DNA from: a virus
Lineage: Duplodnaviria > Caudoviricetes
Virus record (IMG/VR): IMGVR_UViG_3300042993_000007
Coordinates: 71-64,070 of that record
DNA: 64,000 nucleotides
Direction: 5' to 3' (one strand)
Of this stretch, positions 17,693-24,606 are shown in pieces. The notes under the pieces were generated by a model that did no database searches, was not told the origin of the DNA, and worked only from the letters and a program-made list of their open reading frames with translations. The position numbers were made by a program, and so were the translations under genes. Position 1 is the stretch's first letter; each line of letters starts with the position of its first letter.

Positions 17693-19159
17693 TTAGCGCG
17701 GACGCTTAACCGAACTGTCTTCGATGAGGTACAGTTCGGCCTGAGCGCGTGTAGTAGCAACATAGCACAGGTTCATTTCCTGTTGTTGCTGCCATGGCTG
17801 TTTCGCCCACGGTGCAGGGCACTGACTGGAGTTGAGCCAGTACACCCGAGGCGCCTCCATACCCTTGGCCTTGTGGATGGTTGCGAGTGTAACCACATTG
17901 GTTGCATCGCTGAACAACTGGTCAATGACGGCCAGCAACGCCGGGATGGTGCGGTCGGTTTCCAGCAGGTTCTGTATCAGGAACAGCATGGTGTCGAGCT
18001 TGTCACCGATGGCTTCCACCTTGCTGTCCTGGCACTTGGCGACGGCCTTTTCAGTTTCGCGGGCTGCCCAGTTTTCAAGGTTGGTTGCCAGGGCGTCGAT
18101 GTTCTTGGCGTTCATGCGCTTGATGAGGGTCTTAAGCCCTTGGCCAATTTCACGCCCAAGGATGCAGGCTTTGATTTTGGCTTTGATGAACTTGAATGCC
18201 AGGGTGACCAGCGGCTTGGTGGTGCGGCACAGAATGAGGTCGCCCGGTTGGAAGGTAGTGAGCTCCCACCCTTTACCCAGGTTCTCCACAACGCCCATGG
18301 GCGCCCCTGGTGCCGCCTCAATTTGCGGTGCCCACTGCTGGGCGTGCTCAACCACAGCAGCGGGGCAGCGGTACGACACTGTCAGCGGCAGCTCAACGCA
18401 GTTGAACTCCTTGGCAATAAGGTCCATTGAGTTTGAGTCGGCACCGCGGAACCCGTAAATGGCCTGGGCAGGGTCGCCCACTGCGATCACCCGGCTGGTG
18501 GGCTTGAGCATCTTGCGCAGCAGGGCGCGCTGAATGGCGTTGGTGTCCTGGGCTTCGTCAACGAACACTACGTCGTACTTCGGAAGCACAATGCCCTCAC
18601 GCACTGCCATGTAAAGCAGGTCGTCAAAGTCAACCATGTCGCTTTGATTGGACCAGCCCAGCAGGTCACTGGCCAGCTCCAGGGCACGCCCCAGGTTGCC
18701 GCTTTCGTTGTCGAGTTCCAGGTCGTAGTGGGCAACGATGTCAACCCAACTGGCTTCCACGTCGTCAACGAGGCAGCCGATACCCACTTGGCGGGCCAGC
18801 CCTACCAAGCGTTTGATGAAGTGGCCATATATGAACGCATCGTCACCGCTGAGGTGCTGCTGCACCAGGATGCTGAGCTTGTCGGCGTCGACCTGGCGTG
18901 TACCCTTGAAACGGGTGACTGGGCTGTAGGTAACGGAGTGGAATGTGCGGGCATTGACGCCGCGTGCCTTCAGCTCTTCAGCGATGGACTTGTTGAAGGC
19001 GAGTAGGATGCTGGTGCAGTACTCAGGCAGCAGGCTGTCGGCGTGGCATATGGTGGTGGTCTTGCCGGACCCGGCTACAGCTCGGACGATGGCGCTGCCA
19101 ACCCCGTTCTCTACGAAATCAAAGATGTTGTTCTGATAGGTGGACCATTGTCTTGCCAT
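17693..19159 (-). CDS. UvrD/Rep-family (SF1) helicase
   Basis: AVAGSGKTT, FVDEAQD, VGDPAQAIYGFRGA, SYRCP, TIHKAKGME, NLCYVATTRA. Confidence 0.92.
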   Translation of the reverse strand: MARQWSTYQNNIFDFVENGVGSAIVRAVAGSGKTTTICHADSLLPEYCTSILLAFNKSIAEELKARGVNARTFHSVTYSPVTRFKGTRQVDADKLSILVQQHLSGDDAFIYGHFIKRLVGLARQVGIGCLVDDVEASWVDIVAHYDLELDNESGNLGRALELASDLLGWSNQSDMVDFDDLLYMAVREGIVLPKYDVVFVDEAQDTNAIQRALLRKMLKPTSRVIAVGDPAQAIYGFRGADSNSMDLIAKEFNCVELPLTVSYRCPAAVVEHAQQWAPQIEAAPGAPMGVVENLGKGWELTTFQPGDLILCRTTKPLVTLAFKFIKAKIKACILGREIGQGLKTLIKRMNAKNIDALATNLENWAARETEKAVAKCQDSKVEAIGDKLDTMLFLIQNLLETDRTIPALLAVIDQLFSDATNVVTLATIHKAKGMEAPRVYWLNSSQCPAPWAKQPWQQQQEMNLCYVATTRAQAELYLIEDSSVKRPR

Positions 19160-19234
19160 GATGAAGCTCCCTAACGAGGCGCCCACCGAACGCGGTGGGC
19201 GTATTCACAGCATAGCGCGGAGTTTCCTGAAAGG

Positions 19235-19678
19235 TCAGACTTCTTGCGTGAGTATCGCGTTCAGCGTCCGAAGCACGCGATGTTGGTATGCGTGGATACC
19301 CTTTAAGTACTCCAGGCGGTCCTTGATGCGCTGCTCGCGAACCGCTTGCTGTGCTGGGGTGTTGCGTTCAACCTTCACCTCAAGCTGAGCACACTGGCGC
19401 TGTACCTCCTGCGCCGTCTGTTCGATACCGCGTCTGGTGCGGTCCCGCATTTCGTTGAGCGTAGTCAGCGCTTCTTCATCCACGACCAACACCTGGACCT
19501 TTGTGCAATCCTCGTTATGGGACCACCGCTCGCAGAACGCTTGCCCAACATTGGAACGCTCACCATCCGCGCTGAAGCAGTTGCTGTCAGCACCCTTGCG
19601 CACCTCGTACGCCACCTGCTGGTCAGTAGTGAAGAACCCTTCGGTTTTCGCGTTGTTGAGTACCAAATGACCTTTCAT
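19235..19678 (-). CDS. Hypothetical protein
   Basis: 147 aa with C-terminal coiled coil; GAGGT SD. Confidence 0.6.
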   Translation of the reverse strand: MKGHLVLNNAKTEGFFTTDQQVAYEVRKGADSNCFSADGERSNVGQAFCERWSHNEDCTKVQVLVVDEEALTTLNEMRDRTRRGIEQTAQEVQRQCAQLEVKVERNTPAQQAVREQRIKDRLEYLKGIHAYQHRVLRTLNAILTQEV

Positions 19679-19736
19679 GGTGTTACCTCGCTGAGTTAAG
19701 TTTAAAGCCTACCACGGAGTTTCGAGGAAGTTCGGA

Positions 19737-19919
19737 CTACTTGCGCTTAGTGAAATGGTCACCTTTGCAAATGATGCGCGCTGGGTTGGTGTCCAGGCCC
19801 CAGGGGTATTTCCGCCCAGTCTCTTTGGTGCGGGCTTTCAGGACTTTCTTGTTGACGCAGTACGGTTCCATGTCCATGTCCATACCGCAGTGTTCACAGT
19901 CGCTGCACTTAGTTCCCAT
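19737..19919 (-). CDS. Hypothetical Cys-rich microprotein
   Basis: CSDCEHC...C...C; GAGGT SD. Confidence 0.55.
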   Translation of the reverse strand: MGTKCSDCEHCGMDMDMEPYCVNKKVLKARTKETGRKYPWGLDTNPARIICKGDHFTKRK

Positions 19920-19929
19920 GTGGCACCTC

Positions 19930-20160
19930 TTATGCGAACACGTCGTACCCGAATTCGTACGGGCACTGGCGGTTCAGGTTGATTGCTTCAATGAGCTGTT
20001 GCTCGGTCTTGGTGTTGCACACAGCACAGGGCACGTACCCGGTGCCCCATAGTTTCTTGGCTGAATTGTCCACCCGCCCGAAGTCCTTGCGGAACTCCTC
20101 GATGCAGCACCTGGGGTATCCGTAGTGCAGGCCCAGGCGGGTGAACGCCACGTTATCCAC
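19930..20160 (-). CDS. Hypothetical Cys-rich protein
   Basis: GYPRCC...GYVPCAVC; GTG start overlapping upstream stop. Confidence 0.55.
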   Translation of the reverse strand: MDNVAFTRLGLHYGYPRCCIEEFRKDFGRVDNSAKKLWGTGYVPCAVCNTKTEQQLIEAINLNRQCPYEFGYDVFA

Positions 20161-20392
20161 CGGTCTTGAGCCACTTGCCGTCGGCTTGCTTGGTGTACTG
20201 CTGGCCGCGCCCGGTGCCCAGGGAGAACCCAGGTTGCAGGCCCCAGGCTTGCTCCAGCCGCGCCCAGCAGGCGGGGCACATGCAAGCCCACTGGCCTGTC
20301 CTGGTAACACCGTCAATGAACGTGTCGGCTAGGGCGTGCTTGCACAGCTCGCACATAGTAGGCGCAGGCATGAGCCAATAGACCTTTCTCAT
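20153..20392 (-). CDS. Hypothetical Zn-finger protein
   Basis: CELC...WACMCPAC...LGTGRGQQY. Confidence 0.6.
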   Translation of the reverse strand: MRKVYWLMPAPTMCELCKHALADTFIDGVTRTGQWACMCPACWARLEQAWGLQPGFSLGTGRGQQYTKQADGKWLKTGG

Positions 20393-20733
20393 TTCGGCAT
20401 CCCCGCTCGGGTTTCAATTTCTGCGAGGGTCAGGTTGACCCAGTTCGTCATAGCCAGGAGCTGCCACGTTGTATCGCCTGGGCGTGGTGGTGCCCGCAGC
20501 AGCGCCTGGGACACCCAGCTCGCATGATTGACCCACTGGTGTACCAGCACGATGTCGGTGGTGCCGTCCATCATGGGTGATATCGTGATGGCCACAACAT
20601 GGTTTCCTTCGTACCCACCGCACATCAGGCGGCAGTCACCGCTGGCCCACAGGCTGAACTTGCCTTTACCGCCGTCGGTGATAGTGACGTCAAGGTCACA
20701 GTCTTTCGCTAGGCCGAACTTCACTCTGAACAT
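20389..20733 (-). CDS. Hypothetical protein
   Basis: 114 aa, overlapping chain of ORFs. Confidence 0.6.
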   Translation of the reverse strand: MFRVKFGLAKDCDLDVTITDGGKGKFSLWASGDCRLMCGGYEGNHVVAITISPMMDGTTDIVLVHQWVNHASWVSQALLRAPPRPGDTTWQLLAMTNWVNLTLAEIETRAGMPK

Positions 20734-20915
20734 GGCGTCACCTTTAGCTCAACGAGCTTAACGTTGCTGGGTGCCCACTTGCATTGGCGGTCGTTGAAGT
20801 ACGTCGACACCTGCACCCACTGGTGCGGGAACCTGTCTTCGTACGCCATAACGCGCCCCAGGCCGTCAGGGCATACGGCCTCTTGACCTATTACGGGGTG
20901 TTTGAAATCGAACAT
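20721..20915 (-). CDS. Hypothetical protein
   Basis: 64 aa. Confidence 0.55.
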   Translation of the reverse strand: MFDFKHPVIGQEAVCPDGLGRVMAYEDRFPHQWVQVSTYFNDRQCKWAPSNVKLVELKVTPCSE

Positions 20916-21127
20916 GCTGCGTCCCTTTCGGCGGTATCGCCTATTTCAAAATAGTCGTTGAGGGTTTGCACGAACCCCAGGTGTACGTTCGCACGTTTGT
21001 TGTAGTGCTTGCGATGCCCAGGCTCCAGGCCGTCATCATTAGCATAGGCCCGTAGCTGAACCATCGCAAGATAGTGGTACAGGCGCAGCGCTCGCAGGCC
21101 AGCAACCTGCTCAGTCGTGAGGTTCAT
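20891..21127 (-). CDS. Hypothetical protein
   Basis: MNLTTEQ start at 21127. Confidence 0.55.
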   Translation of the reverse strand: MNLTTEQVAGLRALRLYHYLAMVQLRAYANDDGLEPGHRKHYNKRANVHLGFVQTLNDYFEIGDTAERDAACSISNTP

Positions 21128-21306
21128 TGTTGGCCCCAGGCTTTCTGGTACTGAACCCAAAGCCACTGAACGTTCCCGTTCAAGTAGCGCTTACCGTTGG
21201 CGCTAATGCTGAACAAACCTGGGCTCAGCTTCATGTGTTCGACGGCTGCAACTTCAAATGCACGCTGAGGCGAGCCCAACTCCGTCCGTATCGTTAGCTT
21301 GATCAC
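21124..21306 (-). CDS. Hypothetical protein
   Basis: GTG start overlapping upstream stop; GGAGG SD. Confidence 0.5.
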   Translation of the reverse strand: MIKLTIRTELGSPQRAFEVAAVEHMKLSPGLFSISANGKRYLNGNVQWLWVQYQKAWGQQ

Positions 21307-21605
21307 GGTGCAGCCTCCCACACAATGGGGCAGTCGAACGCAGCGCACTCGAGCCCTACCTTGGTTTTGATTGCCTCAACCTCACCGCTAACCACACCTA
21401 CAGTCAGCACGTTGCCGAACTGGTGTTCCCACCATTCGTTACCCAGGCCGTCTCTGCAACCCCTGGTGCTGGCAGCCCAGGACAGACTCACAAGGCGCGC
21501 TGAATACAAACCAGTGCCATACACCTTGCGATAACACGACGTTGGCAGCGGCTTAGTCGAAGCCTCCACCTTGCCGACCGTGTAGCCAGTTGCTTGAATT
21601 TCCAT
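21303..21605 (-). CDS. Hypothetical protein
   Basis: 100 aa, GAGGT SD. Confidence 0.55.
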   Translation of the reverse strand: MEIQATGYTVGKVEASTKPLPTSCYRKVYGTGLYSARLVSLSWAASTRGCRDGLGNEWWEHQFGNVLTVGVVSGEVEAIKTKVGLECAAFDCPIVWEAAP

Positions 21606-21617
21606 ACTGCACCTCAG

Positions 21618-21866
21618 TTAGAAATGACCCAGGTAGCTGCGCAGCTTGCGATAGTTGCGCACTTCGGCGAAACCCAGCGCTGCCACCTTACTGGCGATGC
21701 GTTCGTTGCGGCAGCGCTCGGCGCAGTACACCTTAACCCGAACCTTGCCGAGTTTGCTGTTGAAGCTGGTGTATATGCGCACGTACTCGATGTCAAGCAG
21801 CTTGAAGGCTGCAATGGCTTCCCGTGCCTTGGCCAACTGCTCGACCGGTGCGAATGCGAGTTTCAT
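21618..21866 (-). CDS. Hypothetical basic protein
   Basis: 82 aa, GGAGG SD. Confidence 0.6.
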   Translation of the reverse strand: MKLAFAPVEQLAKAREAIAAFKLLDIEYVRIYTSFNSKLGKVRVKVYCAERCRNERIASKVAALGFAEVRNYRKLRSYLGHF

Positions 21867-21893
21867 GGTACACCTCCGATTGTAAGTGACGAC

Positions 21894-21912
21894 AAAGCCC
21901 GCCGAGGCGGGC
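21894..21912 (-). terminator. Intrinsic terminator-like hairpin
   Basis: GCCCGC-CTCG-GCGGGC followed by TTTGT on minus strand. Confidence 0.5.
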
Positions 21913-21930
21913 CTGGGTGCCGGTGGTGCC

Positions 21931-22041
21931 CTATGCGCAGCAGCGTGGGCACACGTTCAGCGGGCCATGTTCGTAGAAGCAGCGGCGATCAACGATCGTC
22001 CAATGGCCGAACACGTATACAGCGATCATTTTGCGTGCCAT
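21931..22041 (-). CDS. 36-aa Cys-rich microprotein (not in ORF track)
   Basis: MARKMIAVYVFGHWTIVDRRCFYEHGPLNVCPRCCA; GGAG SD. Confidence 0.45.
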   Translation of the reverse strand: MARKMIAVYVFGHWTIVDRRCFYEHGPLNVCPRCCA

Positions 22042-22045
22042 GGCC

Positions 22046-22117
22046 TTAGCTCCAGGAGAAGTATGCGAGGGTGAATACGAATGCTGCTGCTAAGGTGATG
22101 CCGACTAGGATTTCCAT
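22046..22117 (-). CDS. 23-aa single-TM micropeptide (not in ORF track)
   Basis: MEILVGITLAAAFVFTLAYFSWS; GGAG SD directly after promoter. Confidence 0.5.
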   Translation of the reverse strand: MEILVGITLAAAFVFTLAYFSWS

Positions 22118-22155
22118 GGTGTGTCTCCGATGTGTTGTTTGCCTTGCTTAACTAC

Positions 22156-22184
22156 ATAGTAGTTGAACCCCGTCAGGATGCAAA
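22156..22184 (-). promoter_or_regulatory. sigma70-like leftward early promoter
   Basis: TTTGCA-N17-TACTAT. Confidence 0.6.
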
Positions 22185-22504
22185 CGAAAAAGTGGAAATT
22201 TCGGATTTCTTTTGCATACCCTGGTCGCCGCCCGACTCAGCGCTGACTGGGCACCACCTGGGCTCGCCTATAACCACATTGACGTGTCCGAACGGTCGCG
22301 CCGACGTCAGTTCGAGTCAGCGTGTCAGCCCTGCCAGAACTTTGCGAGTCGGTATCCCTGCCAGTTTGCCAGCTTTTTCGTATACCGTGAAACTGGCGAA
22401 TGTACTCCCACGAAACTGTATTAGTGGTGGATACCAAAATAGTGCGGTAACTAAGTTAGCAAACTCAGTTAATGCAGCCCAGCCCAGGCCAGGGGCAGCT
22501 CTTA

Positions 22505-22720
22505 GGGGTATAAATTAACAATTAGCAAATTAACAACAACTAAAGATAAAAAATAAATTATATTTTCTGTATATAGGCCCACCGGGTCACCCCTTGCTAA
22601 TTTCCTAATAAGGTTAACGCATATCTTTTCTACTCTACCTAATCCCCACTTTATTTCATCCTCTACCAAACCTTGCCACTTTCCCCATATATACCTATTA
22701 TTGCATTCCCTTACCCCACC
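22505..22720. other. AT-rich, G-poor non-coding region (candidate origin or terminus)
   Basis: AAATTAACAA x2 (22512, 22527), inverted AATTAGCAA/TTGCTAATT, C/T-rich tract; between divergent promoters. Confidence 0.45.
22673..22701 (+). promoter_or_regulatory. sigma70-like rightward promoter
   Basis: TTGCCA-N17-TATTAT. Confidence 0.7.
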
Positions 22721-22738
22721 TGCACCAGGAGCTGTACC

Positions 22739-23062
22739 ATGGTTCAACTGTCGTTCAACGCCGCGGACTACCCACTGGATAAACCTGAGCCAGACGATAC
22801 CTCTGCACCGGCTACCACATGGGATCCAACCCCAACTACCCAAAAGGAATACATCGCAGCATGCAAAGCCCGCTTGCAAGTTATCGACGCTGCTAATAAG
22901 CGGTGGCGGAAAGCTATTCGAGTCTTGCAGGCTGCCAAGATTGAAGCGGATGAACTTCGTGATGCATGGCACGAACTCAAAGCCACTAAACCACCACGCT
23001 CACCCTACGCAGATATCCTCTTGGGTGGTGGGCAAATTGACCCGGACTTAGCAAATGAGTGA
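22739..23062 (+). CDS. Hypothetical protein
   Basis: ATG 22739 with AGGAG SD; C-terminal coiled coil. Confidence 0.65.
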   Translation: MVQLSFNAADYPLDKPEPDDTSAPATTWDPTPTTQKEYIAACKARLQVIDAANKRWRKAIRVLQAAKIEADELRDAWHELKATKPPRSPYADILLGGGQIDPDLANE

Positions 23063-23876
23063 TAAGTGGAACACCACCACCGTTGACCCGTCCCAGGCGC
23101 CACCACAATTGTCTGAACAAGTGCTGTCAGAGAACCTTGGCCACACTAGCCAGTTCGTTGGGCTGATGGACACCGAAGACAAGGTACGTGGTCATCTGGA
23201 GGCCGTCGCGCAGTACCAGACCGTTAAAAGCAACCTGCTGCACAGCGGTCAGTTCGACCCGGACGAGATCAAGCGTGCCTATGCGTCTACCTGGGTGGCC
23301 TGCGATGGCTGCGAAAGCCCGCACGGTGCCTGTGTGGACGTGTGTGCCAAGGCTGGCCGTGTGGTCGAGACGTTTGGCTTTGGCCCTGAAATGGATGCAG
23401 CCCTGGCCGAAGACGATGCCAAGCTGCGCGCCCTGGGTGCGTACGACCCACCGGCTGTCCGATGTGTCACTAGCACAACGGCTATGTGTCCAGACCCGCA
23501 TGGTGCTTGTGCCCAGCGGTGCCAATTCCCCTACAGCGTGGAACAGCAGGCCGACGCGCAACACCCTGCCCCGGCACCTGCTGCCCAGCCCCAGGGCGGC
23601 ACCCACCACCCCTACTGCACGTCGCTGCACCCTGCCACGGCTGCCCAGGGCTGCGACTGCGGTGCCAGGGGCTTTGACTGGGGTGGCCCTGCACCTGCCC
23701 AGCAGGCGCAGCAGCCTCAACAGGGCGCACGCCAAGGCCCAGCCACACCGCAACAGGTTGAAGCGGCTCGGGTTGCCTGGAAGGACGCCATCGCCAAGCG
23801 GGATTCGCTGTACAAGCAATGGGACGCCTACGTTAAACAGCTCAGTGACGAGTACCGACGGTTGCGCGGTCAATAA
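23055..23876 (+). CDS. Hypothetical protein with repeated Cys/His motifs
   Basis: PHGAC..C twice, HPYC...CDC, A/P/Q linkers, C-terminal coiled coil. Confidence 0.7.
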   Translation: MSDKWNTTTVDPSQAPPQLSEQVLSENLGHTSQFVGLMDTEDKVRGHLEAVAQYQTVKSNLLHSGQFDPDEIKRAYASTWVACDGCESPHGACVDVCAKAGRVVETFGFGPEMDAALAEDDAKLRALGAYDPPAVRCVTSTTAMCPDPHGACAQRCQFPYSVEQQADAQHPAPAPAAQPQGGTHHPYCTSLHPATAAQGCDCGARGFDWGGPAPAQQAQQPQQGARQGPATPQQVEAARVAWKDAIAKRDSLYKQWDAYVKQLSDEYRRLRGQ

Positions 23877-23896
23877 AAAGCCCGCTTGCGCGGGCT
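23875..23896 (-). terminator. Intrinsic terminator between convergent genes
   Basis: AGCCCGC-TTGC-GCGGGCT with A-tract on the left (U-tract on minus strand). Confidence 0.65.
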
Positions 23897-23912
23897 GTTG
23901 GCTTGCCTGGGC

Positions 23913-24134
23913 TTAGCGGTTAATGATGGCCCAGAAGGCGCGGTTGGTGTCGTCGCCAGCCTTCATTTCCGAAACCAGCAGGGTTGGGTCCATGCCGTTG
24001 ACGTAGGTGTCCAACATCAGTTGCAGGTGGAAGGCGTTCAGGTCGCAGTCGTAACCGAACTCTTCTGCGTCTGCTATCACCTTGGTAACAGCGGCCTTGA
24101 TGGCTTCGTGGTTTTGGTTTACTGGGGTGTTCAT
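23913..24134 (-). CDS. Lone acidic small protein with its own promoter
   Basis: 73 aa, GGAG SD, opposite to neighbours. Confidence 0.7.
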   Translation of the reverse strand: MNTPVNQNHEAIKAAVTKVIADAEEFGYDCDLNAFHLQLMLDTYVNGMDPTLLVSEMKAGDDTNRAFWAIINR

Positions 24135-24179
24135 GGTGTGGTACTCCGTTGCGTTGTTTGGTTTGTGTTGCCTAACCTA

Positions 24180-24208
24180 ACTATAGGTGATGCCTCCAAT
24201 CCTGCCAC
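24180..24208 (-). promoter_or_regulatory. sigma70-like promoter for 23913-24134
   Basis: GTGGCA-N17-TATAGT. Confidence 0.55.
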
Positions 24209-24345
24209 TCGCTTTCGCAAATTAAATCCGAATAGTTTTCTATCGATAGCTGCAAACGATAAGAGCTCAGCTATAGGTTTCGTTTGCGATGTTTTTATGA
24301 GCTGGCTATTATTGGCAGCGTTAAGCAACTCACCGGGCTGTTAAT

Positions 24346-24606
24346 ATGCAAACCACTCCGCCAGATGCTACAGAAGCCAATACAGCTCAGCAACGCTTTG
24401 ACGAGTTGTATATCACCAGTACCGAAGTATCCCAGGAAATGGGTGTGCCACGGGCCACGGTGCTTTATGCCCGTCGCCGGGGCTTACTCCCTGACCCTAT
24501 TACCATCAACGAAAAACAGATATACCTGTGGGAACGCGCCACCGTGCGCCCTTACATGGAAGCCTGGAAACTCAGCCTAGCTTGTCGGAGAGGCCAACTG
24601 GTATGA
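24346..24606 (+). CDS. MerR/AlpA (excisionase-like) HTH protein
   Basis: ITSTEVSQEMGVPRATVLYARRRGLLPDPI...YLW. Confidence 0.75.
   Translation: MQTTPPDATEANTAQQRFDELYITSTEVSQEMGVPRATVLYARRRGLLPDPITINEKQIYLWERATVRPYMEAWKLSLACRRGQLV

Noticed and set aside
22300-22340. tRNA-like GTTCGAGTC...CCA
   Set aside because: Flanks of the T-loop-like sequence do not pair into a T-stem, and no cloverleaf could be folded.
24346-24606. Excisionase implying lysogeny
   Set aside because: No integrase, att-like context or CI-type repressor found; this HTH type commonly precedes phage primases.
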